64,000 nt of DNA from Lama guanicoe (GCA_013239625.1 MU053487.1:2811058-2875057); one strand, 5' to 3'; counted from the stretch's first letter, positions 12,300 through 25,408 are shown. Numbers and translations are program-made. Notes: generated by a model not told the origin, from the sequence alone.

Positions 12300-14400
12300 C
12301 AGAGGAAAGCCTTACTTCTTCTGGCATTTGGAGCCTCCAGTATAGGAGCTAGCTCCCCCTTCAACCATCCACCCAAACACCCACAGATTTTCCAGTCAGC
12401 CCTTTTACCTTGTTCTTAAATATGAACGGACAACCAAGGAAACCTGAAATTAAAGGGAAATGTGGTACATGAAGGGGGGAAAAAAGACCAAAATACACCT
12501 ACAGAATAATTGACTTAGAAGGAAATAAATTATTTAGGGAATGGAAGAGATATAAAAATTTAACCAACTTTATTTAACTGTATGTAATAAACACAAGGAG
12601 ATTTAAGAATGTATTCCATTCATTAGAAAGTGGTTGGAATTCTATTTCATTTTAAAAGAAAGATGAGAAGGACAGGAAAGTGTTCTTGAAAATTAACAAC
12701 AGCGTTGTAGAGCCAAAAATTTAGTGGAAGATAATGATGAGAAATCTCCCAATAAGCAAAGCTAACATAAAAGAGGAGAGCTAAGGGATCAATCGACAAG
12801 GTCCTATATCCCAGTAAGAGGAACATCAGAACAAATAAACAGAGAAAATGAAAAAAAAATATGAGAAATAATGGAAAAATTTCTGAGAGTTAAAGAGGAC
12901 ACTTTTTTAATTTAAAGAACCCACCAACTTACAAGTTATAAACTAAAAATATCCTAGCTATGTCATTTTGAAATGTCACTACACCTAAGAATTAAGGAAG
13001 ATTCTGAGTGCTTCTAGGACAGGGAGTCCAGGATGGTGATAGTGGGGGCTATGTGTCCACTTAACAACATATTTAGAGTCATACTAAGTCCATTAGACTC
13101 CTTATTAGCAAGATTAGAAAGTAGCATATGATGAAATAAGGGCTTCTAAGTTCTGAGAGAGAGTGATTTTGAAACTAGAATTTTATGCTTAGCCTAACAG
13201 TCAAGTGTGAGGTTGAAATAAAGCCATTTTCCAGACAAGCAGGGACCCAGAAAGTTTACCTCCCTGATATATCCCTGCCAAGGAAATCATCTGAGATGCA
13301 CTCCAACAAAACAGAGGTGACAACTAGGAGTGAGGTGTGGGATGCAAGAACTAACTCCTAGAAGTCTGATGACAAATTCCAGGATTACAGCTGTGTGGCA
13401 AGTCTAAAAAACAGTGATCAATTTAAAACAGGGGATCAATGAAACTTCAAGGAGAATGAAGCCAGCCATAGATAGAATGACAAGAAAGTAGCAAGTATTC
13501 AGGATACAGTGTAGATGGGATATATTTTTTCCCTATGGATAAGAAAAAACAAGCAAACAAACAAACAAACAAACAAAAAGGCAATCAAGAACTCCCAGAA
13601 AAATTAAAATATGGAAAATATGTCATGGTTCAAATACAAAACAAATTAAAGTGCAGTGGGATTTTAAGCAAGTGGAAGAGTTTAGGGAAGAGAAGGACCT
13701 TACTACTAGAAATACTCTCCCTTAAATAAGAATTGAGTATTCTAGGAGTTTAACATCATACCTATAGAGGAAGGTAATGTAATCCTGACACCTGTCTTGG
13801 CTCTACTGTGGACAGTAATCATGAGGTCATAATAACAGCACTATTTGTTAGTTTTCCGTATTTACAGTCAAGCCCAAATCAGAGCTATCGTTGTCATATA
13901 AAATGCAAATGCCATTAAATTGTACTGAATAGAGGTGAAAATAGAACAGAAGTGGTTTTAATATCTTAATCTTTTAAATTGGTTAGGCAGGAGGGATTGT
14001 AAAACTTGATGAAACAAGACAAAGCTGTTTATTACTTAAAGTTGCAGAGGTTACCAGTAGAGCAGGGCTTCTTAAAGGGTGGTCGCTGAGCCAGCCGCCG
14101 CAGCCTCCCTCGGGATGTTGTCAGACATGAAAATTCTTGGACCTTACCCCAGACTGTTTGAATCAGAAACTTATGGGTGGGTCCCAGCAGTCTGAGTCTT
14201 AACAAGCCGACCAGGTGATTCTGATGCAGCTCACATTTGGGATCCACTGCATTAGAGGAGCTAAGTGTAACGATTTGGGAGATGGACAGGAGGGGGCCGC
14301 TATGCACGTGAGAGCACTTCTTGTCTGTCATGGCAGAAATTTAGTAAGATAATGTCCAAATAGGGTAAGTCAAGAAGCAGTAGTGTCGGTGTGTTTTCTA
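12300..14400 (+). mobile_element. HAL1 / ancient L1 ORF1-region fossil (interrupted by MER5A)
   Basis: A-rich stretch with ctagaattttatgcttagcc...tgaaataaagccattttccagac...gaaagtttacctccc and ccaggattacagctgtgtggcaagtcta, typical of HAL1/L1ME ORF1 remnants. Boundaries approximate. Confidence 0.6.
14063..14249. mobile_element. MER5A hAT-Charlie MITE, full length, with 8-bp TSD
   Basis: TIRs cagggcttcttaaa and tttgggatccactg; internal gaatcagaaact...taacaagccgaccaggtgattctgatgca. TSD cagtagag (14055-14062) / cattagag (14250-14257). Confidence 0.9.
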
Positions 14401-14757
14401 GAGGTAGGGAAATGGTCATCAAAAAAAAGAGAAATGGACATGGGGAATAGTGGCTCCCCTAGCAGGACTCGGTATAGGGAGGCGCGGGGCAGGAGGCTTC
14501 TTTTTCAATCATGTGATTCTCTGGTTGAAATTAAATGAAAAAAAAAATACTGCCTTTAGATTGGGAAGATTGTCCAGGAGCCTGAGAAAAATTATGGGAG
14601 AGCAATCCTTGCTTATTCTCCTTTTCCTGATTATGGGGAGGAAAGAAGATAATTTAATGACCTTCCTCCATGTGTCTTCCAGATGTTGGCTCAGTCTGAG
14701 GGGAAGAGAGATGCTGAGAGCTAGGCCCACTCCAGGAAGCAGAGCTGATTTTTAACT

Positions 14758-14881
14758 TGTGTGTGTGTGTATGTATATTTATGTGTGTGTGTATGTATAT
14801 GTGTATGTGTATATATATATACACACACAGACATATATATATGATATATACATATATATATATGAAAGTTTGTGTGTGTAT
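14758..14881. repeat. Compound (TG)n/(TA)n/(CA)n microsatellite
   Basis: Directly visible dinucleotide repeats. Confidence 0.95.
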
Positions 14882-16424
14882 AAAAGAGCTCCACAAAGAG
14901 CATCTCACCTCTTTCATAGCAAGGAATAAACTCATTGGAGCCCTTTAAGTCATGTTGCCGGATCACATTAGGATTTAAATGCCTTCCTCTCGCCAACTAA
15001 AAGGCACCGAGCCCATGCTGGTGCATAGGATTGTGCAACAGGGTGGGTTAAATTATGGCGATCTTTTAGAGTCAGGGTCCGCCCCGTTGATGGTCTAGTG
15101 CAGGTGGAAGAGCTGCACAGACAGTGCATGTAACATGGAGACAGTGACTGGAGCATGTTAAGTACACACTTAGTGATGGATCCCAGGCTTTTGGCAGAGA
15201 ATGGGAGTGAGTGAGGCAGGCAGGAGGCCCAGCCTTCCCTCTGCTAGATGAAGAATAGCCTTGGGAGACAGTGGCTCCGAGCTAGATGCGAGGCTGTCTG
15301 AGTGAATAGTGGGGCTGCCACCAATGCTGAGGACCGATCAGGATTCTGGGCACCGGGGGATATCAGAGTCCTAACCTTGCAAACCTCCATAGGACCTAGA
15401 GCCTGATAAGCATACATTTCATTTTTAAACTTTAAGGAAATCAGAGATGTGCCTCTCTCTCCTCGGAGGATATTTGATACAAAAGCAACAAGAACAAAGA
15501 AAGTGTTTTATCCATTAACCAGAAGAGTACTTAAAAGGGGTATAAATCCAAGGGCAATTCAGTCAGTTAAGTGTCTACTACAGGTAAGACCTGGATAAAA
15601 AAGATCAATGAAACATTTCTGCCTTCAGTGAACTTACAGACGGTGCAAGACTAACTCATACAGAGCAGAAGGGGAGATTCAGATGTGTGTGTGTGAATTT
15701 CATTCCAGAGACTTTTGCCAGCTGAGAGGAGGGGATTCTCTGTGGAGAAGGGGTATTTGGCCAGAGCCTTATGGAAGAGGTAGGATTGGACTCTTGGGCT
15801 GGAGGGCGCTTGACAGACCAGTAGGGAAGGGGGACTGATAGATGCTAACAGTCTTCTATATGGCTTAACATCTGGAGAGGGGAAGGAGAGGGGCCACTGG
15901 GGCTGAAGGTACAGTCAGACAGTCTAAGGCCGTTTGTTCACTGGCCAGGGAGTTGAACTTGGACTTGGAGGGGACAGGAGACCATCACATCTTCTTGAGT
16001 GCAGGAGACCAGAGCCATGCCCAAGGAGATGATCTGCCTGGGCTAGGGGAGCCAGTTAGCCGTTCTCACAGGAATCCCAGAGAGATCTTGCAAGTGAGTT
16101 TTTAGAGGGTCCATCTGATTCACCTGGAGAGTTGACTCATCAGTTTCTAGTTGGTGTCTGCTGCTGAAAGAGTATGAAACAAAACGAAACAATCTGGAAA
16201 GCCCTGGCTGGCCCATGTGCAGGAAGGAAAGTAATGCTGTTGTTGGACTGATCCCCGAAGGGCTCTGGTGTTTCCCTGTCAGATGAGTGTACCAATGGCT
16301 AAGACAGAGACCCTGTCCTCAAACCCTGTACACAGAGTAAAGCTCTGGAAATTATAACTGCTCTCACACTTCTTCAGGAAGCCCCAAAGAGACCTGGCTA
16401 GGGCTGGACTTCCTGGTCACCCAC

Positions 16425-16969
16425 CGTGGTAGACAGAACAGCCCCCAAAGATGCCTACACCCTAATTCCTGGAACCTGTGAAGACAACGCGTTACAGGGA
16501 GAGGGGACTGTGGCAGGCAAGTCCAGTATTTGTCCAGCTAGAGGTAGGAGAAACGAGGTGGAATAGGAGGTCAGGAAAGAGTAGAGAGATTCAAAGCCTT
16601 GGAGGGACCTGACCTACCGTTGCTGGCTTTGAAGTTACAGGTAACGCTTGACAAGGAATGCAGACAACCTTAAGGGGCCGAGAGAGGGGGCAAGTGTCAA
16701 CAAGGAAACGGGGAGCTCAGTCCCACAGCCACAGGGAAATGAATTCTGCCAACAACCTGAATAAGTCCAGAAGAAGATTCTTTCCCAGAGCCTCCAGATA
16801 AGGACCCAGATCCAGTGAGATCTGGATTCTGGCTTTGTGAAATCCAGAGCAGAGAAGCCAGCTGAGTCCACCTGGACGTCCAACCTACAAAACTGTGAGA
16901 TAATGAAGTTGTCGTCTTTTAAGCTGCAAAATGTGTGGTCCGTTTCGGCTGCAGCAATGAACGTGTACA
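16425..16969 (+). mobile_element. MLT1 (MLT1D/E-like) MaLR solo LTR
   Basis: tggtagacagaacagcccccaaagatg...gaattctgccaacaacctga...aactgtgagataat...ttttaagctgcaaaatgtgtgg...taca. Possible CCCAC TSD (16420-16424 / 16971-16975, one base offset). Confidence 0.85.
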
Positions 16970-17619
16970 CCCCACACCTCAGAGAACCCCTGGCCTTCTG
17001 TCTTCCCCTGGCTTCTCTGCAGGAGTGGGCTTGGGAGTGAGAAGATGAGGTCCCAGACCAGAACAGAAGGTACTCACCCAGTGACACAGGGCACGTCACC
17101 TACCTGCTGAGGGTCCCGTGTCTCACCTGTCACGCGGGGTGCCATTGCCTCTGTCTCCATCCGGGTGGTTGGGGGGTTTACAGGAAATAATATGTGAGAA
17201 GCACTGAACTGATAAGTCAGCATTAGATTTTGCTCTTTTCTTCCTGGGAAGGGCAAGTCAGCCAGTATCTAGAAGGCTCTGTCTCCTCCCTGGTGAGTGG
17301 AGATAACAAGGTGGCTTCGTGGATTGTCATGAGGAAAGAATGAGGTAACCAGTGGGAGTGACTCTGACCAGGGCTCTGGAGGAAGCAGATGCTCCAGTGA
17401 AGCTGGTTCCTTTCTGCCGAGGGTGTGTCCAGTCTCGCCTGCTGTGTGGGTAGCTTCCCAGGGCAGGAGGCAATGGTATCTCAGGGTCCTGACTGGTTCC
17501 ACAGATGGGCCTCTCATGATCTTTAGGATTGGCAGGCCCAGAGATGCCCCTTTGTCCCAGACAGGGAAGACAGAAGGATGTCCTATATAACAAGAACTCA
17601 GGAACCAGCTGTACCACCC

Positions 17620-18210
17620 TAGGCTCAAATGGTACATGGATCCCTCCTCTTTGCTCCATCTCTACTGCCGCCACTCTAGTTCAGGCCACCAGCATTTCTT
17701 ACCTGGACCAGATCACTTCTCTGCATAACACTTCCCCAGAAATAGCTTCCCTCTGCCCTGAGAAGAAAATCCAGACTCTTCCTAAGGTCCATAAGACTCT
17801 GCACAATGGGCCTCAGCCTCTCCAGTATCATTCGGTACTATCCACACTGCACTCCAGTCAACCTTAGACTTATCAAGCCCTTTCCTGCCTCGGGCCCTTT
17901 GCACGTGCTGATACCTCTTCTATAGTGGCCTTGCTATGCTTTCCTCACAGCTAGTTCTTCATTCTTTAGGTCTCAGCCTAAGTATCACTCAGAGAGCCAT
18001 CCCTCACCTACCCTGTATTCCCTGGCTTGGCTGGCTATTTGATTCCTTCATGACATCTAGCACAATTATTACTGTTTTTTCCTAATTGCTTTTCTGTCTC
18101 CCTCACTAGAATGGAAGCCTAGTGAGGGCAAGGATCTATTTTATCTTGTTAGCTGTTGATCCCCAAGGCCTAGTGCAGTGCCTGGCCCATAGAGGATGCT
18201 CAGTGAAAAG
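17620..18210 (+). mobile_element. L2 LINE 3' end
   Basis: ctgtctccctcactagaatggaagcctagtgagggcaaggat...cctagtgcagtgcctggcccatagaggatgctcagt. Confidence 0.8.
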
Positions 18211-19235
18211 AGCCCTTCTCAAAGAACACAAGGCTGGGTCCTCCTGCAGAGATTGGATGTCATATCCGAATTTCTTCACTGACGCATTCAGCGAAGCTGT
18301 ATAATTAAAAGAAATGCGCTCCATGAACTCTAAGATTTCCTGCCAGGCAGGAGAGCAGCGTGTGTGATTTAAGGGTCAAAGAACAAGATAGAAGAGAAGA
18401 GGCACTGGCTATGTTGAGAATACTCACTTTTGTCATCTCGCAGGTGAAAAGTGAACTATTTTACTCTTATTTTAATTTTTCACTACTTTTAAGCCATAGA
18501 CTTTGAACCTCCAGTGTGCTGGAAACCATCACCATCTGGTCCTCCCACCCCAGACCCTCGATGCCTGGGGGTGTGGGATTCCAGCCCGATGCCCAGGCAG
18601 ACTCACTATTTGTTCAGCCTGGACATTAGGTCATGCTTTCCAGGCTAAGGTGCCCAGCTGTCTTAAAATGCCGTTATTTACAGCTGTACGGTTTATTTTC
18701 ATTATCATATATAAAGTCTCTGCAGAAGGTTGGAAGAAGCTGAGAGGTTGGCAGGATGGAAGGAAAGAGAGTAGAATAACTCTAGACATCAGAGCCAGAC
18801 AAGTCTCAGAGACCATCCGACCTCGGGGTTTCCGGAGCGCACACGTGGATTGACGGGAACAATTTGGCCTAGTGGAGGAGTGGGGTACAGTGAGAGGAAG
18901 AGGTGTTCACCCCTATCCCTGTTTCAGCCAGATCAGTCCTACTTTTATAGGCATCAGCTGTTTGGCACCCGCTTCTGGCTAATCTTTTCAGAAAGGGCAT
19001 TGCGATGAAACGTGTGAAACCATCTAGTTTCAAGAGGGAAACAAGTACATACTTCAGCACTACTGACCACAGAAGTCTGGCTGCGTCTGTGTCTTAGGCT
19101 CCCCCCGCCCCCCCAGGTTAACCCAGAGAACAAAGGAGAGGATGCACCTGCCTGTCAAAGCCTGGGCTGTACTCCTAGTCACCTGTTGGATTTTGACACT
19201 TTCTTCTTCAGTGTTATACTTTATCTTTGCAAGTT

Positions 19236-19542
19236 TTTTTTTCAGCGCTGGGATTCTTTTATTGAGTAATTTTTTTCTTTTTTATATTCAAAAAAGATTT
19301 AATACCTATCCTTATGAAACTCTTCCAAAAAATCGAAGAGAAGGGAACACTTCCTAACTCATTTTACCAGGCCAGCGTTACCCTAATACCCAAATCAGAC
19401 AAGAACAAGACGGAAAGAAAAGAAAAGAAAAGAAAAGAAAAGAAGGAAGGAAGGAAAGAAAATAAAAATTATAGGCCAATATCTGTGATGAACATAGATG
19501 CAAAAATCTTCAACAAAATATTAGCCAACTGAATTACAACCA
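19236..19542. mobile_element. Short inverted L1 insertion: T-tract, ~50-nt segment, then a + strand ORF2 (RT-region) fragment, flanked by a TSD
   Basis: ~19298-19535 translates [35 protein letters not shown]...[21 protein letters not shown] (L1 ORF2) with an in-frame GAAAA expansion. ttatctttgca(a)gttt occurs at 19221 and 19543. Confidence 0.85.
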
Positions 19543-20821
19543 TTATCTTTGCAGTTTCTGGGAAGAGTATGTTCTGGTTCTCCAGAACACCTTTTAGAAG
19601 AAAATAGGGGTTTCCCCCAAGTCTTCAGCCTGCTGGGTTATCCTTATTGTCCTGCCGTATTGAAAACCCCCTCCACCAGCACCTGGACGTGTGAGCGAGG
19701 GCGCGTGTCCAGTGGACAGCCTCTAGCTAGGGAAGAAATATGCACTCTTGTTATCTTCTGAGATGATTCACGGAATCAAAGGCTAGGCACTTGCTACTGG
19801 AAGTTACACCTGAGGCCCAGTAAGGTGAGGTTCTTGCAGACAGGTGAGGAGAGGTCTCGCTGGCATCCTCTCCAGTTTGGGGCCATCTTTCTCACTCTCA
19901 GTTGCCTGACTACATCTGACTTAGAAACTCAACTGACAGAGTCTTCCTTTCTCTGATAGCACCAGCTCCTTTATTTGAACTTGTTTGTTTTCTGGATCTT
20001 GTGATTAATGACCAGCAACCTTTTTTTTTTTTTTTAATGAATGGAACATAGAACACAAAAGATTCCAGGCTAAAAATCAAGGGAAGGAAATTCTGGAGAG
20101 CAAGGAGATTCCCTAGAGGAGAGTTTAGGGTTGATATTAAAAGTCGGAGGTTGTCAAAGGGACACAAAATGTGGCCTAGAAAAGGCCACCCAGTCCCAGG
20201 CAGACCTGGTGAGGGGACGGGGAGGGTCCAGAGGCCAGGTGCAGACCCAGGTGGGCCAGCACCTTCCTGAGCAGCTCAGCCTCCCACTCCATTCTTCACG
20301 GAGGTTGAACTAGATTATTGAAGTGTTGTCTTTAAAAGGCAGAGGGGACTGTTCTCCAAACTGCAGGGCCATGGGTAAACCAAAGGATGCCCAAAGGCAC
20401 AAGAACTCATGACTTCCAATCTTTCCATTGAGGCAGGAAGCCAAATTGGTATCATGTTTTTGTTTACAGGGAGACCAACAGGACTGTTTCTCCTCCTGTG
20501 ATTTCAGAATCTGAAAGGACAATGTACACAGTCCCTGAGATCAAAGGGATTTCTCGGCTTTACTTTTCCAGAGTATTTGTCTTTCATTTATTCTTGTGGA
20601 CCTGCTGTTCTTTAAAAAGCAAGTCTGTCTGTATAACCTGATTTTAAATACCAGGCTATGAGACTTCCCTCCTTCCTTTGAGTGAAGGACTCAATAGAGC
20701 TGAAATTCCTGGGACCACCCTGAGCTCTTTTAAGGGGCCACGTTAAGGACAATGTTGGACTCTGGAAAAAGCATTAAGAATTGGGAAGGAGAAACCTCTT
20801 ACCCTCAGGTCATAGCATTTC

Positions 20822-20844
20822 CACACACACACACACACACACAC
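20822..20844. repeat. (CA)n microsatellite
   Basis: Directly visible. Confidence 0.95.
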
Positions 20845-21740
20845 GTTTAATACTATGCTAGGTGCTGGGGGTTTCAGACATGAATTACGTATGGCTGGGA
20901 CCTCTGGGAACTTGTGTGGGACTGTGGGAGAAATAACAGCTCAGAAATGGCCCTCCTGCTCTCCAGCAGAGACCTTCTGCAAAGTCAGATCGCCTGTCAG
21001 GAAACGTCTTGCTCATTTTAGCTTGAAAATAGCCTTGGGGTGGGATTTGAGAAGCATTTATTCCCACCCAATCCAATTGTTCTGTTTTCTCAGGCCTCGG
21101 CATGGGACTGGGTTGCTGTAGCAACCCCATAAACAGTGTCTAACCTTTGTCAATGATTACATATATTTTTAAAGCTAGTATCACCAAGTCCAAGACACTG
21201 TCACTTCTCTGAACATGGCAGCTGGACTAGACGAGGGATCCTACCTCCTGCTAGATCAGGAGGGAAGATTCTTTCCAGAGCAGATCTGGGTGGGAGAAGT
21301 GGGCACCCCTGAGGCCTGAGCAGCTGGACAACTGCCTTTCTGAAGTCAGCCTTGGTCAGGGCAGCCACGGAGCCGCCAGCCCTGAATCACACGTACCCAA
21401 GGCTGCCCTGGCCTTGGTGGCCATGGCTTTGTGAGAAAAGCACAGCCTTCTGTGAACTGTCTGAGAGATGTTTTTCAGTTCCTCAGGAAACAAAAACGGT
21501 CATTTGCCCAGAGAGATGAGTCCAGGTCCCAAGTACAGGAACTGTGAATTTCAACTTTAGTCTCCGTTTTGCCACTCAGACCTCTTGACTCTCTGGGATC
21601 TTGATGTTTTACCTGGGAGACAACTTCATTCCCACCTGGGGAGGGACTTGCCTAAGCCAAGGCTTTCCCTGGGCTCGGAATGCACGCCCTCTCCCGTTCA
21701 CGCCACTGCCCAAGTTAGGGGAGGTCCTTGGGTTCAGGAG

Positions 21741-22225
21741 CATCCCGCTAAATCTATGGCTGTGTCACAAACTACCCCAAGACTTCATGGCCTAAAATAA
21801 CAGCAGTCCTTCATTTTGTTCATGAATTTGAAGTTTGCCAGAGAGACAGCTCACCTCCGCCCAATGAGTGTCAGCCAGGGCAGCTCATTGGGCCACGATG
21901 GCTCCCTCACGAGGCCTGGGGTGGATGCTGCCCGTGGGTTTCTCTCAGCGTGAGCCCCTCTGGGGATGCTCAGGCCTCTGTGCAGCAGAGTAGTGATGTT
22001 CCAGGAGCAAATGTCCCAGGAGAACTCAGAGGAAGCTCTGTGACTTTTTCTGACAAGTCTTTGAAATTGCACAGCTATGCTTCCTCTGCAGCACAGATCC
22101 ACCCAGAATCAAGGGGTGGAGCATTGACTCCACCCGCCACCTGTCTGCGGGAGGAAGGTCACGTTGTGAAGAGTGCAATAGGAGATGCTGTGCATTGGTT
22201 TTCAGAAAGTACGGTTGTCTGCACA
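21741..22225 (-). mobile_element. MLT1 (G/H-like) MaLR LTR
   Basis: tctatggctgtgtcacaaactaccccaagacttcatggcctaaaataacagc...ggaagctctgtgactttttctgacaagtc...aatcaagggg. Confidence 0.75.
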
Positions 22226-22557
22226 GAGAGAAATTCACTCTGACTCTGTCTCCATTGTCTCCTTACTTCAGCGTCAACTGGACAACCCTCATGACGCTCC
22301 TTCTTACACACTGTAGTTGTCACTCACATTTGCTGGTGTAAACAGTGACGCGGGTGCCTAAAACAAAAACAGGGGAAGAGCCACAGAGTCCCACCCCTGG
22401 ATTAACAGGAGTGTCACTGATGTGGTTCTTTTCATCTTATCAGTGTAGAAATTGAGTTCTGGACTAACTTCTAAGTTTGTGCTTTACTTTTTCTCTATAG
22501 TTTATTCCTAAATTTAGCTAGTCAGTGTAAGCATTCTCCTAATGTGTGTTTGCGTAG

Positions 22558-22585
22558 GTGTGTGTGTGTGAGAGAGAGAGAGAGA
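22558..22585. repeat. (TG)n(GA)n microsatellite
   Basis: Directly visible. Confidence 0.9.
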
Positions 22586-22899
22586 TTCAGTCCTTGCCTT
22601 TGGCTGGATGGAAATTCAGCAGCACTGGAAGACTTAACAGCTAGAGAAGCTAGTTTGAGGGTCAGGAAATAGAGTGCAGAGTACAAGGAAAAGTCAGACC
22701 AAGGACAAAGCTTTTACAAAGCACCTGGTTCCCCCTGGGGAGGCTCTGCACTTGCCTGGAGCTGAGGGACAGGTGCTTTGGTTGCAGGCTGCAGCTTTGG
22801 TGTTGGTGAGCAGTGTATTTGCATTGGCCCACACTGGGGCATCCATCACTGAGTTCCCCATTTCAGTGTTAGCCCATCTCTCAGAGCACGTGTGGTCCT

Positions 22900-23200
22900 C
22901 CAGTGTGGACTGGGCAGCTTCCACACGCCGAGCTCTGAGGACAGGCACAGGAGTGAACAAGACCAGTATGGTCCCCGTCCTCATACAGCATAACTTTAGC
23001 AGGGGAGACAAACAGGAAACACATCATGATGCAGTGAGTTAGTGACGATCACGATGAGCAGTAGAAGGAAAAATGCACGAACTACAAGAGCTGACGGTGG
23101 AAGCCCAGACTTGTCAGGGGCTCAGGGATGTGGTTTTAATTTGCTTGTTGAAGGATGAGAGGACACGTACCGGGTGAAGTAAGTGGAGGAATTCAGGATC
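22900..23200 (-). mobile_element. L2 fragment
   Basis: gtgaacaagaccagtatggtccccgtcctcatacagcataactttagcaggggagaca is a reverse L2 3' pattern. Confidence 0.6.
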
Positions 23201-25025
23201 AGCTTGTTGGTGGGCCCTGGGGTAGGAAGTGGCCAGGGCTGTCTGAGGGGCAGCTGGCACGAGAGAGACGGAGCTGAGGAGGGCAAGGACCAGATCTTGC
23301 CGGATTGCGTGCCCCGGGATGGATGTAGGTCACTTCCCCCTGCTCCCCACCCTCCTCCAAAGGCGGGGAGTCAAACTGTCTCTCTTGCCTGTGAAATGAG
23401 AGAGACACTTGTAAGGAGGAGCCTGTCACCAGGGGCAGAGCTGGGTTCAGCGGGGCCTGCAGCTTACATGATTTGGGAGGAGAGCTTCTATTGGAGAAAA
23501 AGAAAGTGGTATTACGAATAGAAAGTTAGGTGCAAGGCCCTGGTGGCTCAGAAAGGGCCCTTCATCCTTAAAGTTTCCTTAGCTTGATGGTAGAGCCACC
23601 TTTGGTGTTTTCACCTCCTTCCTAACCTCAGAAAGCCTTCTCTCACCTGAGATGTTTGCGCAGACCTCACATCCGCCTCCTCCTGTCTTCTCCGTGACTG
23701 AGAAGGCAAATAAAGCACACATGCCGTACACTGAAATCTCCTGGAAATTTGGCTCTCTCCTTGCCCCCGGTAGTGGCCAAAAGAACATGGGAGTGTCCTC
23801 TTTTTGCCCAAGACTTTCATGAGTTTTTTCCCCATGCTCAAGGCAGGGAATGTTGGCTGGGATACGTTATTCTTTTGGAAATGTGACACAGAAATATGAA
23901 TTTCCATAGGCAGAATTATCCTGTCTGGTTGGGTCTAGACTGTTTGTTGGCCAGCACGTTTGCTGGAGTCCACGTTGACGTTCTGAGAAGCCGCCTGGAC
24001 TTAATCCTGTGGGAGGGGAGCAAATCACCTGGAACTGTGTTCAGTCCGGGGGCAGGAGGGATCCAGACCATGAGTGGTGATGACAGAGAAGTTGAACAGT
24101 GAATAAATTACAACTTAAAAAAAAAAGGCAACCAGCTCTTCTCTCCAGAATCTTACCCAAGTGATCAAAGGCACCTAACAAGAGTGAAGAGTGTCTGTCA
24201 ATGTGGACGCAGGGAGCCTGCTGGCCATAGGTTAGAAACATCAGAGAGGCTGAGACCAGACTGAGGGAAGGACCAGAGAGAGAGGAAAACTCTAACTCGT
24301 CCCTAAAGCTGCTCTTGATTCCCCAGCATCTTCCACAGGTAGACCCAGCTCAGGCACACGCCATGAGCCTTCTGGGAGGATGTCGGGTTTGGCCCAGCGA
24401 GCTTTAGGCCCTGGGTGAGGCTTTGGCCGTCAAGGCCCAGTCCTGGTTACAGAAAGGACACGCCAGCCCCATTAACTACTGGCTGCCCCTCTCAAGACGT
24501 GAGAAGGGATCCGTTCAGCCTGTGGGGTGCCCTCCGCTTCAGAGCCTAATTGCCTTTGACTTTTCCCTTTGGAACTAAAAATTACACCACGACCTCCTTG
24601 CTCAGGCAGAACCCATCTAAGATGCAGATTTTCTGCCTCCCTAAGACAGCAGAGGGCAATGACAAGACTGTAATCTAAATTCTTGACTCAACTGGTTTAT
24701 GATTCACTCCTGAGAGCATTGAGAGTCTCACAGATGGAAAGAACACCTGCTGTGTCCCTTTCTTGAAAAAACGACTTGGAGAAGCACTTGAGTAGCCCTA
24801 GGAATGAATCAGATAAAGGGGGTCCTTCACGGTCAAGACCACCGCTGATGTGGGTTTTCCTTGTTAACGGCTCAGGACCCCTTGCCAGGCGGGGAGCTGG
24901 CTCCATGAAGGTCCCGGGCTTGAGGGGCTCGCGGGAAGAATGCCCTCTGACTTGGGCGATTTGACTGTCACTTGCTCATTTGCATTAAGCCCTGTCCTGA
25001 CGCTGCTGTTGTGTCCCCCTCACAG

Positions 25026-25102
25026 ACTGTTTTTGAGAGGAATTGCCGCTCCGAGGACTGTGCCGCCGACCTGCAGCTTCAGGGTCACCTGTTGCTCTCC
25101 AG
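25026..25102 (+). CDS. ITGA9: Integrin alpha-9 internal coding exon (probably exon 17), 77 nt, phase 0-2; genu loop
   Basis: Acceptor tgtgtcccctcacAG ends at 25025 and donor GTaagt starts at 25103. Translates TVFERNCRSEDCAADLQLQGHLLLS plus a split AG. The C-x4-C..DL motif is the integrin alpha genu. It continues the previous exon in frame. Confidence 0.96.
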
Positions 25103-25408
25103 GTAAGTCAAGGGCCCTTTCTCCACATCCTTCTGGGAAGCTGTCTTGACTCCAGACCTGAAGTCTGAATGTGCAGATTTCCCCACCGAAGAGCCTCAAT
25201 AGAGTTGTAAGTTACAGTGAGAAGTTGTGGTTTTAAAAAATGAATATCATACAATAATTTTAACAACAGCTATTACTTTACGGGGGGATAGTTTAGTTTC
25301 TGTTTTGTTTGCAACCACACATGTCTTATAATTTAACCTGTATTTCTCATTTTCTTGAGTATTTGTATTTGTATGGGGGTGGGGTGCGTATTTTATGTGT
25401 ACTCATGG

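Larger units (their letters stand above)
9675..25025 (+). other. ITGA9: ITGA9 intron (15,351 nt, GT-AG)
   Basis: Lies between two exons that splice in frame; canonical ends. Confidence 0.9.

Noticed and set aside
19314..19532. 72-aa ORF with reverse-transcriptase similarity
   Set aside because: Short L1 ORF2 fragment with a GAAAA expansion and a stop; not a functional RT or retron-like system.
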